DNA from: Chrysomallon squamiferum | Lineage: Eukaryota > Animalia > Mollusca | Direction: 5' to 3' | Assembly (NCBI GenBank): GCA_012295275.1 | Contig: CM022677.1 | Location: 23,002,001 to 23,066,000 of the forward strand | Length of the DNA stretch: 64,000 bases | Shown here: piece by piece, positions 1 through 13,627 of the stretch | Layout of the letters: every line of letters begins with the position of its first letter | How positions within the stretch are numbered: the stretch's first letter is position 1 | The notes under the pieces: generated by a model | Database searches by the model: none | What the model was told of the DNA's origin: nothing | The model's input: the letters and a program-made list of their open reading frames with translations, nothing else | Program-made: the position numbers and the translations under genes

Positions 1-166
1 GAGAGAGAGAGAGAGAGAGTTATTATTTATATTTAAATATATGTACGACTCGTATATTATTTATTATGTTACTTTTTTATTTATTGATTTATTTTATTTT
101 TTAATTACTGTTATTCAACACTACTTCTGTACAGTTTACTTATTTGCTTCTTAAATGTCTTCCCAG

Positions 167-455
167 GTGGAAAGATAACAAGAGGAGAAAGCTGCTGATA
201 CGTCGAGCCAGTATGGACTGGTCGCACCACCGGGATCTGTCTCAACGCCGGATGAGCATCGACGCTGGTCAGCTGCACAGAGGATTTGACTTCACACAAC
301 GACGCATGACTATAGGAGCTGCACCTGACCACAGAAGTCACAGAGAAATCCTTGAGTTGTCACATGTCAGATATCCAGATCTGGGAGTGAGGAGAGATTC
401 GAGAACATCGCACAGACCATATCTACAAACTAATATTGGCTACGTACCCGAATAA
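167..455 (+). CDS. Terminal coding exon of an upstream gene; probable cytoplasmic tail of a membrane protein
   Basis: Polypyrimidine tract and cccag acceptor at 165-166, phase-2 entry like the last exons of the cluster genes. Basic start (RWKDNKRRK), repeated RRxS/T motifs, stop at 453-455, AATAAA shortly downstream. Confidence 0.6.
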
Positions 456-614
456 CCAGAAATGATCTAAAATTATTTTTTTATTTTGTTTTAATAAAAT
501 AAGAGAAATGCTGAATAATAAAAAGAAGTGTGGTATAAAAAAAAAAAAAAATTAAATGTGAGATTTAAAAAAAGATAAAAGTTATTCACGAAAATGCAAA
601 TAATAATAATAATA

Positions 615-649
<35 letters not shown>

Positions 650-1319
650 AATGACGATGATGATGATGATGAAAGTAAAAAGACTGTAATACTAAGTAGA
701 AAAAGAATTAAAAACAGACATGCTGATTCAAAAATAATAATATTGATAATAAAAACATAAACGTTATCTAATTTGACTAACATGTATTAAAGTTTTGATA
801 AAAAAAAAAATAATTAAAAGTAATTTAAAAGTAGAAATAAATGTATTCCTGTGATATATTCAGAAATATATAAATAGTAATAGTAGTAATAATTTCAGTC
901 TTATTAGTATTAAAATAGTAATATTAATAATAATAATCATAAAAACAGAATGGATATAGGTGTTTTCTGTTGTTGTTGTTGTTTGTTTTGTTTTTTTCAG
1001 TCCTGAATAACAACGATACAAATCTTGTATAACATTTTATACGAATAGTTTAATTTTAATTTTATTTTTATTTTTATTTTGCTCTTGACCTCATTAAAAT
1101 TATGTAGTCATCAAAACAAAGATGACCCCTTTATCCCGGCAACAGCAGAGTGACATTTGGATGATAATTAAAATAGTTCTGGACCATGTCCATAATTCAC
1201 TACTATTTCATTTGTTTATGAAAATTGTGTTTATTAATAATAAAATAATTTCCTGATTGTATAATAATTGAAAAATGAACATGCATTTAGCTCACTCTGT
1301 ATTTACTTATATTTATATT

Positions 1320-1355
<36 letters not shown>

Positions 1356-1983
1356 AATTAAAATTAAAAATATAAATAAAAAGGAATAAAAGTTATATAT
1401 TAATTAGTCCCAAATCCTGAATTTTGTTTCTGTTTCATTTGTCTTATCCTTATTTAAGAAAATAATAATAATAATAATAAAAAATCAAAATATCGATGAC
1501 TTAGTTATATAATGCATCTAAAGAGTATATTAATTTTATTTAGAATGAAAACAAATGTAGGAAAACACTGAAAATGGTATTGCTTGCTCATAAAGACTAA
1601 ATTAATATTTCTTTTCTTTAATTATAACTTACAGTCTTCATAATTGCAGAACACATCAACTATATGTATCCATTATTTTTGTTACTTCCATGCATCTAAG
1701 CAATATATCTTTTAATTCAGAATTTAAAAAAAAAAAAAAAATAAAATTTCTTTCTTCAAGTGACTATTTAATTATTATTAGTGGTTGTTTTTATTATTAC
1801 AGGTACAGCCTTAAGTGTAAAAGTATTTTACCATTATTTTTATTGTTGGTTGAAATTGCCAGACAGCCCCAGGAAGAATCTGGTTTTATTTAAATTTTGT
1901 TTGAATTTTATTTATTTATTTAGTTTTTTTGTTATTATAGTATTATTATTATTATTTTTATTATTATTATTATTATTATTATA

Positions 1984-2017
<34 letters not shown>

Positions 2018-2976
2018 TTGTTGTTGTTGTTGTTGTTGTTTGTTGTTGTTGTTTGTTGTTGTTGTTGTTTTCTTTATTAACAAACATATATATTTCCTGT
2101 CCCATACAATTCAGGTCAGGTGATCTTTCTTGCTAACATAAATTTTTCTCACTAAACTTCCCAGCTTGGCAAAGCTTCCCTCTTAAAGTCATTGGACATT
2201 TAGAGTTTGATGTGATGAATAAAAAGAAAGAATTTAAATTAAAAAAAGAATAATAATCAAATCAAAATCTGATCAATGTTGCCTCTAAGCTATGGAGTAA
2301 CTGTATTGGTGCCTCGCACATCAGAATATTGTGTCTCATTTTTATTTACAGAATACAAATGTTTTGGTCACTGCATATTTTCGTTTTTGGTCAAAGCATC
2401 AAAAGTGGTTTGGAAAAATAGAATGTTGACTGGGAGGTTTAGCTGTCATGCCCAGTACATATAAACATTGATGAGATAAATAAATAAATAAATATATATA
2501 TATATATATTAGAGCTTTAATCAGTCTAAATGAATGTTCTGCTATGGATTGTGATGGTTTGTCTGTCTGATGTAGAAGAAAAACACAAAACCATCGTAAA
2601 GCACTAACTATTATTGTTTTGTTGGGCTTTTTTTTTTGTGTGGTTTTCTGCTTCATAAATTAACCAGTTTCATATTATCAACCACTACTGTAACGCATAA
2701 CACTTACAGGTTTCAAAAAAAAAAAAATAATAATAATAAACAAAACAATACCAAAAAAAAACAACAAAAAAACAATTAACACTTAAAGGTATTTTTACAA
2801 TTTCATTACAAAGACACATTTACAAAAAGAAGATATTAATGGAAAAAAAATATTAAAACGTTAATTACAATCAGAACGGTTCTTAATCTTGTGTCTAAAC
2901 ATTTTAGTCTAAGTGTTTTAGTCTAATGTTCTCAGCTGTTAAGAGAAAAATATCAAATATGGCTCGTACGTCATAC

Positions 2977-2980
<4 letters not shown>

Positions 2981-3065
<85 letters not shown>
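2981..3065. repeat. (AG)n microsatellite, representative of many (AG)n, (AC)n, (AT)n, (ATT)n, (AAAT)n and (AGGT)n tracts in the window
   Basis: Directly visible; these tracts generate most of the low-complexity ORFs in the supplied track. Confidence 0.95.
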
Positions 3066-3070
<5 letters not shown>

Positions 3071-3096
3071 ACAAACATTCGCTTTCTCTCATGAGT

Positions 3097-4123
3097 CTAT
3101 GCCAAAATAACTGGATCTTCCTCTTCTAAAGTAATGGTGTCCAATTCTTCCGCGTTTGGCTTCTCTTTCAAGCCTCTGCTGTCAAACGTTCCCCCGCGGT
3201 TCTCACGACCGTTCCTCCACGCGACATCAGCTGGCATGCTCATAGCTGACCTATCTAGCGTGGCTGAATCGGCAATCTCTTCTTGAAGACTTTGGTCATA
3301 GTCGACGAGTTTTAATTCTTGGTTCTTCTTTTCGTTAAACCTCCTTTTAATAAATAAATAAATAGTTTAGTATAAAATTAGAGTTCTGTTTACCCAGCCG
3401 TAATACTCTTTTATGGTTAAATGTGTGTGTGTGTGTGTGTGTGTGTGTGAAGTTAATTAGAAGTTATGGGGAATTTTCTATGAAAAGAAACCTTTCTGAA
3501 GCTGCTGTTGCTAGTTTGGCTTGTTTAATTTGTGGTTTTCACTGACGTCCGCGCTAACTTAATAAATATATATATATATGGAAAACAAAGGAGAGAGGAT
3601 TCTGAAGAAAAACCCGCGTTGAGGAGATAAAAGAGAGTTTATATAACCCGCGAATGCCTTTTCACATACAAAGAGGTCACGGGGAAGAATCACTGAAAGT
3701 TTGGTCGCTCTGTTAAAGAGTTTGGCAGCAGGAATTATAAGAAACTTGTTTTCTTATCTATCTATCTATCTATCTATCTATATAGATATATTAAATACAC
3801 GATAATAAAATACTGTCTAAATCTCAATTTATTTATACCTCTCATCTTGCCTCTAAATTCCTACAAACCTCGTCACAGATACAGTAAGCACTGACATTGT
3901 GACACATACATACATACATATATACATACATACACACACAAACACACATACACGCATACATACATACATACACACATGAAGTAGATAAACATTTACCTGT
4001 ACACTGTGTACGCCACAGAAGCGCTAACCAGTAACACGAATAATGAAATAATAGCCAAAATGAGATGTAGCTGGTTATTGTCTGAAACTGCTGATTCAAA
4101 AAAGAAAAAGAAGACTACACTAT

Positions 4124-4222
<99 letters not shown>

Positions 4223-6486
4223 GTACATGACCAGTGTGTTAAGTGTATATTTATTATTAAAAACATAACATGTTGTGTGTGTTTGTGTGTGTGTGTTAAG
4301 GAAATAACTGCTGACATATTCAAAAATTATATATCCTTCCTGATAATAAATATTTCCTGTAACATATACATATACACAAACATACGGAACAAAAACAATG
4401 TATATCCGTACATACATACATACATAAAACAGCAATGTTAAAAGAAAGAAGACCTTGACTAACGAACACATCTTTCACTGTCAATGAAAAAATTAAAATT
4501 TCACCACAGCTTCCTCCTGAACAGGTTTCTGTGAAATTAGTTTCACTGCTGCCATTACAGTCCACTGCCCCAGGGACTGGCTTAGTACACGTCCTCCTCA
4601 AAGTAACGTTACGCATACACAACCTGGTACAGTTACCAGTCACAAACACAAACCAGGAGGCCCACGTCCCATCAGCTGAAAGTACTAGTAATAATTACAG
4701 TAAGTGTGATGATAGTAATAATTACAGTAAGTGTAATGGTAACAATAACAATAAGTGTAATGTTAACAACAACAATAGTAAAGACGAACATACTAATTAA
4801 AATTAGAACAGTAAATATCTATATTATCCTAATAGTTCACTATGTTAATTAGTATTGATTTCAGACAAATTCTAATACAACTGTTAATTATCTGACCACA
4901 GTTTTAATGAATATTAACTGCTTATATACATATACACAAAGCAGTTCAGTAGAGTATACGTGTATTTATAAATGATTTGATCACGACAGTGTCACAGTTG
5001 AACTTACTGCAGTTGTCTCCCATACACTTCTCTGTCATAGTTTTCTGGTTTCTTCCTTGGCAGTGATTTCCTCCATGCTGTGGTTCTGGATTGTCACACT
5101 TTCTTTCAAATATCAGACTTCTCTTACACACTGCACTGCAAACACCAGCTTCAAGAACTGTCCAGTTTGACCATTGTCCATCCACTGCAAAAAGAAAAGA
5201 TTACCAAAATCAGAAATTAAACAAAAAAACTGAAAAGTATTAATCATGCTCTTACTGTGTAGTTATATAAAATATAATATTGTATAATTATAGTGTAATT
5301 ATATAAAATTTATTGTATAATTCTATAAAATATAATATTGTAGTTATAGATCAGTTCAGTATATAGTGTAGTACAGTGTCAGGTGATGTATAAAACTGTG
5401 TTTTATTTATAATGTAGAGTAATTTAGTTCAGTGACCTGATTTAAACTGAAAACTACTGGTTAGAATCAAAGAAGCATACCAGGACACTGTACGTTCACT
5501 TCACAAACTTCTGTCAATATGTTCGTCTCTTCACCCTCACATGGTTTGCCATTGAGCTGTGGTTTAGGATTAGTACACGTGCGGTTTAAAGTAACTCTAC
5601 GTACACCAGACTCACACGTTACTGAACAGTCCCCGTTGTGTTGTACCCACGAACTCCACGCACCGTCAACTACAACGTAAAATGAAATCAACGTCGCATG
5701 TTTGATTTGTTTTTTTCGTGTCTTTTAAAGATATACGATAACAACGTCTTTGGTCTCTTCACTGATTAAAATTAAACGAAACTTTTTAAAATTAATCTTC
5801 CATTACTGGTGTGTGTCAGTACAACATTTTGTTTGTGTTGTTTTTTCTTAGTGTGTTTGTCTCTGTGCCTGTTTGTGTGTGTGTGTTATATTTGCAATAT
5901 AGTTAAACTTAGTTTTGTTTTACAATTCTTGCCCTTGGTTTACTCCACAATCTGTGTAATATAATATTACCTGGGCAGTGAACATGGAGATCGCATGTTT
6001 GTGTCTTTGTAATCAAATCTGAGCCTTCACATGATTTTCTTCCGTGCTTTTGTGACGGGTTCGTGCACGTTCGACTCAGTGTAATTTGTAGACTGCCAGG
6101 ACCATCACATGTAACACTACAATCTCCTCTGTGTGTCTCTGACCAAGAACTCCAACCTTCGTGAACTGAAAACATCGTCAACAAACTGTCTTCATAAAGC
6201 ACTGCATTAGCTGTCTGCACAGTTTGTTTTATTTAATTTACTTTGATGTAGTTCAGCAGTGTATAACAGTTTAGAGCAGTTTGCTGCATTACAGTGTACA
6301 GTCATGTAATTTAGTTCTGTATTGTGTTGTCTGATGTACTACAGGTTAATGTAATGTAGCGTAGCGTGCTGTATCATGGTGTAGCGTAACTTAGTCTACT
6401 TTAAAGACAGAAAAAACAATATATTAAAAAACACAAATAATAATAAAAAATATATCTTAAATTTGAAATTAATAATAATAATAATG

Positions 6487-6534
<48 letters not shown>

Positions 6535-7834
6535 GTAATCAAACAAGCATACCAGGACACTGTACGTTCACTTCACAAACTTCTGTCAATATGTTCCTCT
6601 CTTCACCCTCACATGGTTTGCCATTGAACTGTGGTTTAGGATTAGTACACGTGCGATCTAAAGTAACTCTACGTACACCAGACTCACACGTTACTGAACA
6701 ATCTCCGTTGTGTTGTACCCACGAACTCCATGCACCGTCAACTACAACGCAAAATTGAAATAAACGCTTTCATATATGACTGTTATTTCATCACTTCCTT
6801 GTAATAGTGGTTCTGTGAAAATAGTTTCTCTGGTCTCTTAAACATGAGACGAAGTCGACGAACTTTATATTCACCTTCAAATATTCTTGTATATATTCTT
6901 GCAATATATATATTTATATATATACACAAAGGTTCATTAACATGGCTAGTTACTGACTATATTTCACTTGGTATTGATGACTTCAAATATTTGAATAAAT
7001 CATAAGTTAAACAGGATCAAAGCGTCTCTACGTTCTGCTGTTATCTTATCCAACTTTCATGTTGCTGGTCTAACAGTGCAAGTGAGACAGTGTTTCACAT
7101 TTCACTAATGGTTAATTCAAAGGACAGGACTATTTGTAACTCTAGAATAATATTTTTGTTTTGACGTTCTAAATTTTACTAAAACAAATAAACAAACAAA
7201 CAAAGAAACAGAGAATATAAGAAAGCAATGAGATTCTGGTTATAATCAGTCAAGGAAAATGATCGGATTCATATCCGTTTACTCAGTAATCTGTATCAGA
7301 TAATATTACCTGAACAGACAACATGGAGATCGCATGTTTCTGTCATTGTACTCAAATCTGAGCCTTCACATGATTTTCCTCCATGCTTTGGTGACGGGTT
7401 CGTGCACGTTCGACTCAGTGTTATTTGTAGACTGCCAGGACCATCACACGTAACACTACAATCTCCTCTGCGTGTCTCTGACCAGGAACTCCAACCTCCG
7501 TCAACTGAAAACATCGTCAGCAAACTGTCTGCATAACGCACTGCATTAGTTGTCTGCACAGTTTGTTTTATGTAATTTACTTTGATGTAGTTCAGCAGTG
7601 TACAACAGTTTAGAGCAGTTTGCTGCATTACAGTGTAGAGTCATGTAATTCAGTTCTGTGTTGTGTTGTTTGATGCACTACAGGTTAATGTAGTGTAGTG
7701 TAGCGTTCTGTGTCATAGTGTAACGTAACTTACTTAGTCTACTTTAAAGACAGAACAAACAATATATTAAAAAACACAAATAATAATAAAAAATATACAT
7801 TCTCTTAAATTTGAAATTAATAATAATAATAATG

Positions 7835-7885
<51 letters not shown>

Positions 7886-10800
7886 CAATAATCAAACAAG
7901 CATACCAGGACACTGTACGTTTACTTCACAAACTTCTGTCAATATGTTCCTCTCTTCACCCTCACATGGTTTGCCATTGAACTGTGGTTTAGGATTAGTA
8001 CACGTGCGGTTTAAAGTAACACTACGTACACCAGATTCACACGTTACTGAACAATCTCCGTTGTGTTGTACCCATGAACTCCATGCACCGTCAACTACAA
8101 CGTAAAATTGAAATAAACGCTTTCATATATGACTGTTATTTTCATCAGTTCCTTGTAATAGTGATTCTGTGAAAACAGTTTCTCTGGTCTCTTAAACATG
8201 AGACGAAGTCAACGAACTTTATATTCACCGTCAAATATTCTTGTATATATTTTTGCTGTATATATATTTATATATGTACACAAAGGTTCATTAATATGGC
8301 TAGTAACTGACTACATTCCACATGATATTGATGATTTCAAATATTTCAATAAATCATAAGGTAAACAGGATCAAAGCGGCTCTACGTTCTGCTGTTATCT
8401 TATTCAACTCTCATGTTACTGGTCTAACAGTGCAAGTGAGACGGTGTTTGACATTTCACTAACGGTTAATTCAGAGAAGGACAGGACTGTTTGAACTCTA
8501 AATTTACTAAAACAAATAAAGAAACAAACAAATAAACAAAGAAAAAAAGAAAGCTACATCAAGTAATATTACCTGGGCAGTCAACATTGGGATCGCATGT
8601 TTGTGTCTTTGTACTCAAATCTGAGCCTTCACATGATTTTCCTCCATGCTTTGGTGACGGGTTCGTGCACGTTCGACTCAGTGTAATTTGAAGACTGCCA
8701 GGACCATCACATGTAACACTACAATCTCCTCTGTGTGTCTCTGACCAGGAACTCCAACCTCCGTCAACTGAAACCATGGTGAAAACAAAAATAATAAAAA
8801 AAATAAACAAATAAATAAGCAAATAAATAAATAAACAAACAAACAAACAAATAAATAAATAAATAATTAAATAAATAAACAAATAAATAAATAGACAAAC
8901 AAACAAAAAATAAATAAATAAATAAAACAAATAAATAAATAACTAAATAAATAAATATACAAGTAAATAAACAAACGAACAAAACGCAAACAAACAAATA
9001 AATAAATAAATAAATAAATAAATAAATATTTACCGGGGCAGGCGGGCTTGCTGCAGATTTCAATTAAAATACTGACTGGTTTCCCTCGACATCTGCGCCC
9101 TCCTCTGATGGGTGGAGGGTTATTGCACCGTCTGAGACGTCTGACACGACGTGTCCCATTTCCACACGTAGCACTGCACCTGACAACGTCGTTCACCTGC
9201 CAGCTACTCCAGTAACCGTGCACTGAAATAGATGTGTATGTGTCTTAGACAATCAAATACAAATCATTAGTTTGATCGTTTCAAGTTAAAAACTACAATA
9301 CAACAGAGAAATATAACATAAAATATATGTATGTATTTATTTATCTATATACCATTATATGTATTTATGTGATTTGTATGTAATAATTTATGTATTTACG
9401 AAGCTATACACATATGTAATGTATATATTTCTTTGCTATCTATGTTATCTGTGTTTGTGTGTGTATATGTGTGTGTATATGTGTGTATGTGTATGTGTTT
9501 ATATATATATATTTTATATATTTATATATTACTACAGACAGACCAAAAGACTGTACTGAAGTAAAGGTAGAATGGCGAGTTATAACGACGGCTGGTTTTC
9601 AAGTAGTGTATATGTACAAAGAAGTCTGACGGTTCTGGAGCAGATTTACCTCGATGTTTCTGTACGAACAGTTTTCCATCTGGCTTGCATCCACCGCAGA
9701 ACCCACCGCATCGACCCATAAAGAACTGTCGAGTAGACATTTTCACTTTTTGATAAGGACTTTTCCCAAATGGTTTCCAGGACGTCTATAAAACATGATA
9801 CAAAATGTATTCCTTGCCGTTTTCTTTTCTTACTCTTTGTGTCCGTACTCTGCTGTTAGTTTTGTCTATTTTCAGGTGGACACTCAAGAAAAGAAATCAG
9901 CATTATATGTTTGCCTTATATGTATGCGTGAGAGCATAACTGATTCTTGTTCTGAGAATATGATTATAGAACACAGAAGCAGCCAGTTAGCGACTTGGTA
10001 ATAAAGTAAAAATAGAAATAAATAAATAAGTATCGCTACCTTGTCAGCCAGAATGAAGTTAGTGTATCTGAGATCAATGAAAAACGCGCCTACGACTCCA
10101 CACCGATTTCTCTTCCCTTTCCGGTGAGCGACGAAACAATCTCTGGCTACGCCATAAGGAATGGGGGCACTTCCGGTGGTTTTCGCAAACGTTTGGTCAT
10201 GGATTAGAATTTCCATCGTCTTAAAAAAACAAAGAAATGTCTGTGCTGAATTTATCTGCCTGCTGTATATTGACGTTCTGTATACGATCTACACTGTTAA
10301 AGTTGCCAAGTTCTGTGGTGTGGTATTTAATAAACAGTATATCGTGAAGTATTGTATATTAGTACATAGTAAATATTAATAATATGCAGTGTATTGTTTA
10401 GTATCATAAATATATGGTATACTGTAATATGTTACAACCTAATAACACATGCAACATGCAGTGAGTTACTTAATATAGTGCAGTGCAGTGTAATGCAGTT
10501 AACGCAGTACATGCTAGTACAGTTGTTTTGCTGTAGTGTAATGAAGTATAGTTTGGTACATGTTATTCAATGTAATATATTGCGCAGTACTTTTTTGTAG
10601 TGCAGTATATTACAGGTAACACAGCTACGTAATTTGACCAGATTAAACACAATGGTTTAGTGTAAAGTCTCTTTAATTTGGAGAGACTGAAATGTAGTGA
10701 AGCTTGGCGTAAGTTATTTCAACACAAAACTTTGTATTAGCATGGGAATATAATCTAAAGATACGAATATTTAGTAGCAGTGTATCAATATATATATATA

Positions 10801-11311
10801 TATATAAACGGTAATATCGTCAATGAACCATTTTGTAGATCTACTCGAAACTGTTAAAGTGGTGCTGTATATGCAACGTCATACTTACATCCATGAGTAT
10901 GGCTATTTTTGTGTACACTGTTCTTGCAGGGCGAAATGGAAGCGGTCCTGGGGGTGGTTTGTCACAGTACAAATCTGGATGTTTCATGATGTTGGGATTG
11001 CTCAGTGTGATGAAGCTCTTTGGTGTGTTTCTCATGTTGTAACAGTAAATGAACACGCTCTGATTATACATGAGCGGTGGGTACAGCTTGTACTCGCCGT
11101 CCTCTTCAATTCCTCTTCTTTCCTTTAAATCATTGCAGTCTTTAGGCTTGTCTGTGGACGAGATATCAGCTTTGTAGTTAGGTATACACATATAAATTTG
11201 TCTGTTTAGAAAAGTGTGGCACTTAAGCAGACTGATTAAAACCATCCTTCACCTGTGTGCACTCACATATACACGCAGAAAAACGATTCAGTAGATTATA
11301 CGTATAATTTG

Positions 11312-11342
<31 letters not shown>

Positions 11343-11795
11343 GTATTTGTTTGTGTCTTCATACGTAAGCATATATATATATATATAAAATGATGTATGT
11401 ATGTATATACGTATATATCTATGTATGTATGTCTCTTTCTCTAATATATATATATATATATGCTTCTAAATTCAGTCTTCATTTCACTAAGATATTTTTA
11501 AAATTAAAAATACTTACACGTTACTGTCGTTGAGTAAACAAAAATTAAAAAGAAAAAAGATAATAAAGCAATTAATAATTTTAATAATGTTGTATTTTGA
11601 AAGAATATATCACACACAGAAACACACACACACACACACACACATCCATTTTACAAGGACTATATTATTTATCGTAATAATAATAATAGTTATGTAATAA
11701 ATAAATTAATTAATACATTAAAATATCAACATACAAACGGCATGCTTTAGAAATGTTTGAATAATTAGAACTATCCTTGCCAGAGTGGTTTTCAT
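3097..11795 (-). CDS. Gene A: signal peptide - GON domain - 9 TSR - TM - cytoplasmic tail (type-I membrane protein)
   Basis: Exons: 11735-11795 ([20 protein letters not shown]), microexon 11518-11523, GON 10889-11151/10040-10219/9650-9785 (KDCNDLK..DGEY..YCYNM..PKSFITL; [18 protein letters not shown]; [12 protein letters not shown]). TSRs at 9034-9222, 8573-8767, 7906-8094, 7310-7504, 6553-6741, 5971-6165, 5481-5669, 5008-5184, 4505-4675. TM 3997-4090 ([22 protein letters not shown]), tail 3097-3343. All GT-AG, phases consistent. Confidence 0.88.
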
Positions 11796-12254
11796 CTTGG
11801 TTTGTTCACTAAAAAAAAAAAAAAAAAAAAAAAATGTAATCGTAATATAATTATAGTTAGCTATCACCATATTTTTCGTATAACAAAAGGAAAATAAAAT
11901 GGATATAAATTAATTTAAAATTGTCTGATTTAAAATATTAGTATTATTATAGTAATAGTAGTAGTAGTAGTAGTGGTAGTGATTATGATGATCAATGAAA
12001 ATTCAGTATATTATATTAATGTTTAGACACTTTTTTATTATTAGTAGTAGTAGTAGTAGTATAAGCTGTCATTATACATTATAAAATTGAAAACTCTGTT
12101 TATAGTTATGAAGTAAGTACTTTTTATAACAAATGTGCTCACTCTGTTGTATTTTGTTCATCAAATCGGCTCAGAGACATCCCTGCATCCTTTGTTTCCT
12201 GAACGTACCCGTCATATAAATATGATTGTTATCTATTGAATATAATTAAAACTT

Positions 12255-12410
12255 ATTCATCTGTCACGCTATATTTATTAGTGAAGCAAAATATATGACG
12301 TCACTTTACTAAATACGTCATTATTAACATGCCGAATGTAAGCAGAATTTGGGTTGTCAGTGACTGATATAAAGCTAACGAACAATTCCACCTGTAAAAT
12401 CTGCGAACGA
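12255..12410 (-). promoter_or_regulatory. Conserved upstream module of gene A (TAATGACGT + TGACGTCA CRE/ATF-like pair)
   Basis: TGACGTCA at 12296-12303 and ACGTCATTA at 12315-12323. The flanks align with the gene C upstream region (gttcgca..ggaattgtt..tagcttt; tagcgtgacaga). Confidence 0.55.
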
Positions 12411-12844
12411 AAACGCCAGCGGACAACTAACAATTTATCGTTCGTCAGACCTTTCAAAAAAAAAAAAAAAAAATAGTCCCCTGTTACAATGTTTAAATTA
12501 AATTTAATGGCTATACATTTTATTTGTTTTAATTTTTAAAAACATCCACTGTGAATTATAAGAATATTATTCCATATAACAATAATAAATAAATAAATAA
12601 ATAAATAAAGCTATTTGAAGAATTATGTATGTAAAACTAAACTGCTTGAATTGAATTCCCTCTAAAATCACATTCTGGACATTAAAAAACTAATGATATT
12701 CGTAATTATAAATAAATAAATAAATAATATGGAAGAAATAAAAGTTTTATCAGTTCGTATATTTTTTATTTTTTATTTATTTTTTTTTAAATGAAGCACA
12801 GTGAATTTTGGATAAAAAAAAATGATAAATAAATTAATTAATTA

Positions 12845-12883
<39 letters not shown>

Positions 12884-13062
12884 TGACAAACAAATTTACT
12901 ATAATTATGTTAATCGATGGCATTTTAGTTTTGGAGTTATCTCCCATCAGCTGACTTGTCCTGTTCTGTTAATCAGCCTGTAAATGTTTGACGTTAAAAG
13001 GTTCTAAATGTTCGCTCGTTACACTCCAGCCTTTCTTTCAGTCAGCCCTAACAATCGATGTG

Positions 13063-13146
13063 TATTTCTAATGACTGTTTAGTTAAACTGACGTAATAGA
13101 ATTGCCTAAACAGTTACACAGTTTTCATTTACTAAAATAGGTAAGA
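13063..13146 (+). promoter_or_regulatory. Upstream module and probable non-coding first-exon donor of gene B
   Basis: tttctaatgac..tttagttaaactgacgtaa..ttttcatttactaa followed by gtaag; homologous to the C and D upstream modules. Confidence 0.45.
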
Positions 13147-13394
13147 AAATACAACTCACGAATTCGGAAAAGGGACTCGTAGATGTAAATATTAGTATTT
13201 ATAATAATAACAGAATAATAACAACAACATTAGGCATCTTAATATATCACCTTATATTAACAGAGTTGTAAGCATAAGGATATATATTTTAATAACTACT
13301 TGATACTGTAGAAATGTAGTTTTCAATAGTGTAATGTAAAATAACAGCTAAATGATGTAAAGAATCTAACATTCGAGCCTGTTCGTTTCCAGAA

Positions 13395-13459
<65 letters not shown>

Positions 13460-13522
13460 AAATATATTAACAAATTCGATAAAATATGATATTTTTAATC
13501 TATGACGATTATTTTTTCTTCT

Positions 13523-13557
<35 letters not shown>

Positions 13558-13627
13558 AATATTTTTAGTGAGTTGTAATTACAGTAATGAATAGTTATTC
13601 TTTTTTTCTGCAGTGAAAATAAACCAG

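Noticed and set aside
3097-3343. ITIM/ITAM signalling motifs in the tails
   Set aside because: Tyrosine contexts (VDYDQS, IDYGAY, DGYGQN) do not fit (I/V/L/S)xYxx(L/V) or the dual YxxL pattern.
5481-8767. Dscam-like mutually exclusive exon array
   Set aside because: The copies are near-identical, have normal introns and alternate in A/B order, consistent with serial inclusion; I recognised no docking/selector elements. Skipping remains possible.
10889-11151. Fibrinogen C-terminal (FReD) domain, suggested by KDC..DGEY..YC.M
   Set aside because: Downstream exons lack FReD motifs (GGW.V.Q.R, GEFWLG) and instead carry GON motifs (FA.T.G.P(I/V)P(Y/F)..A.DC; G.CGG.CG.C.P).
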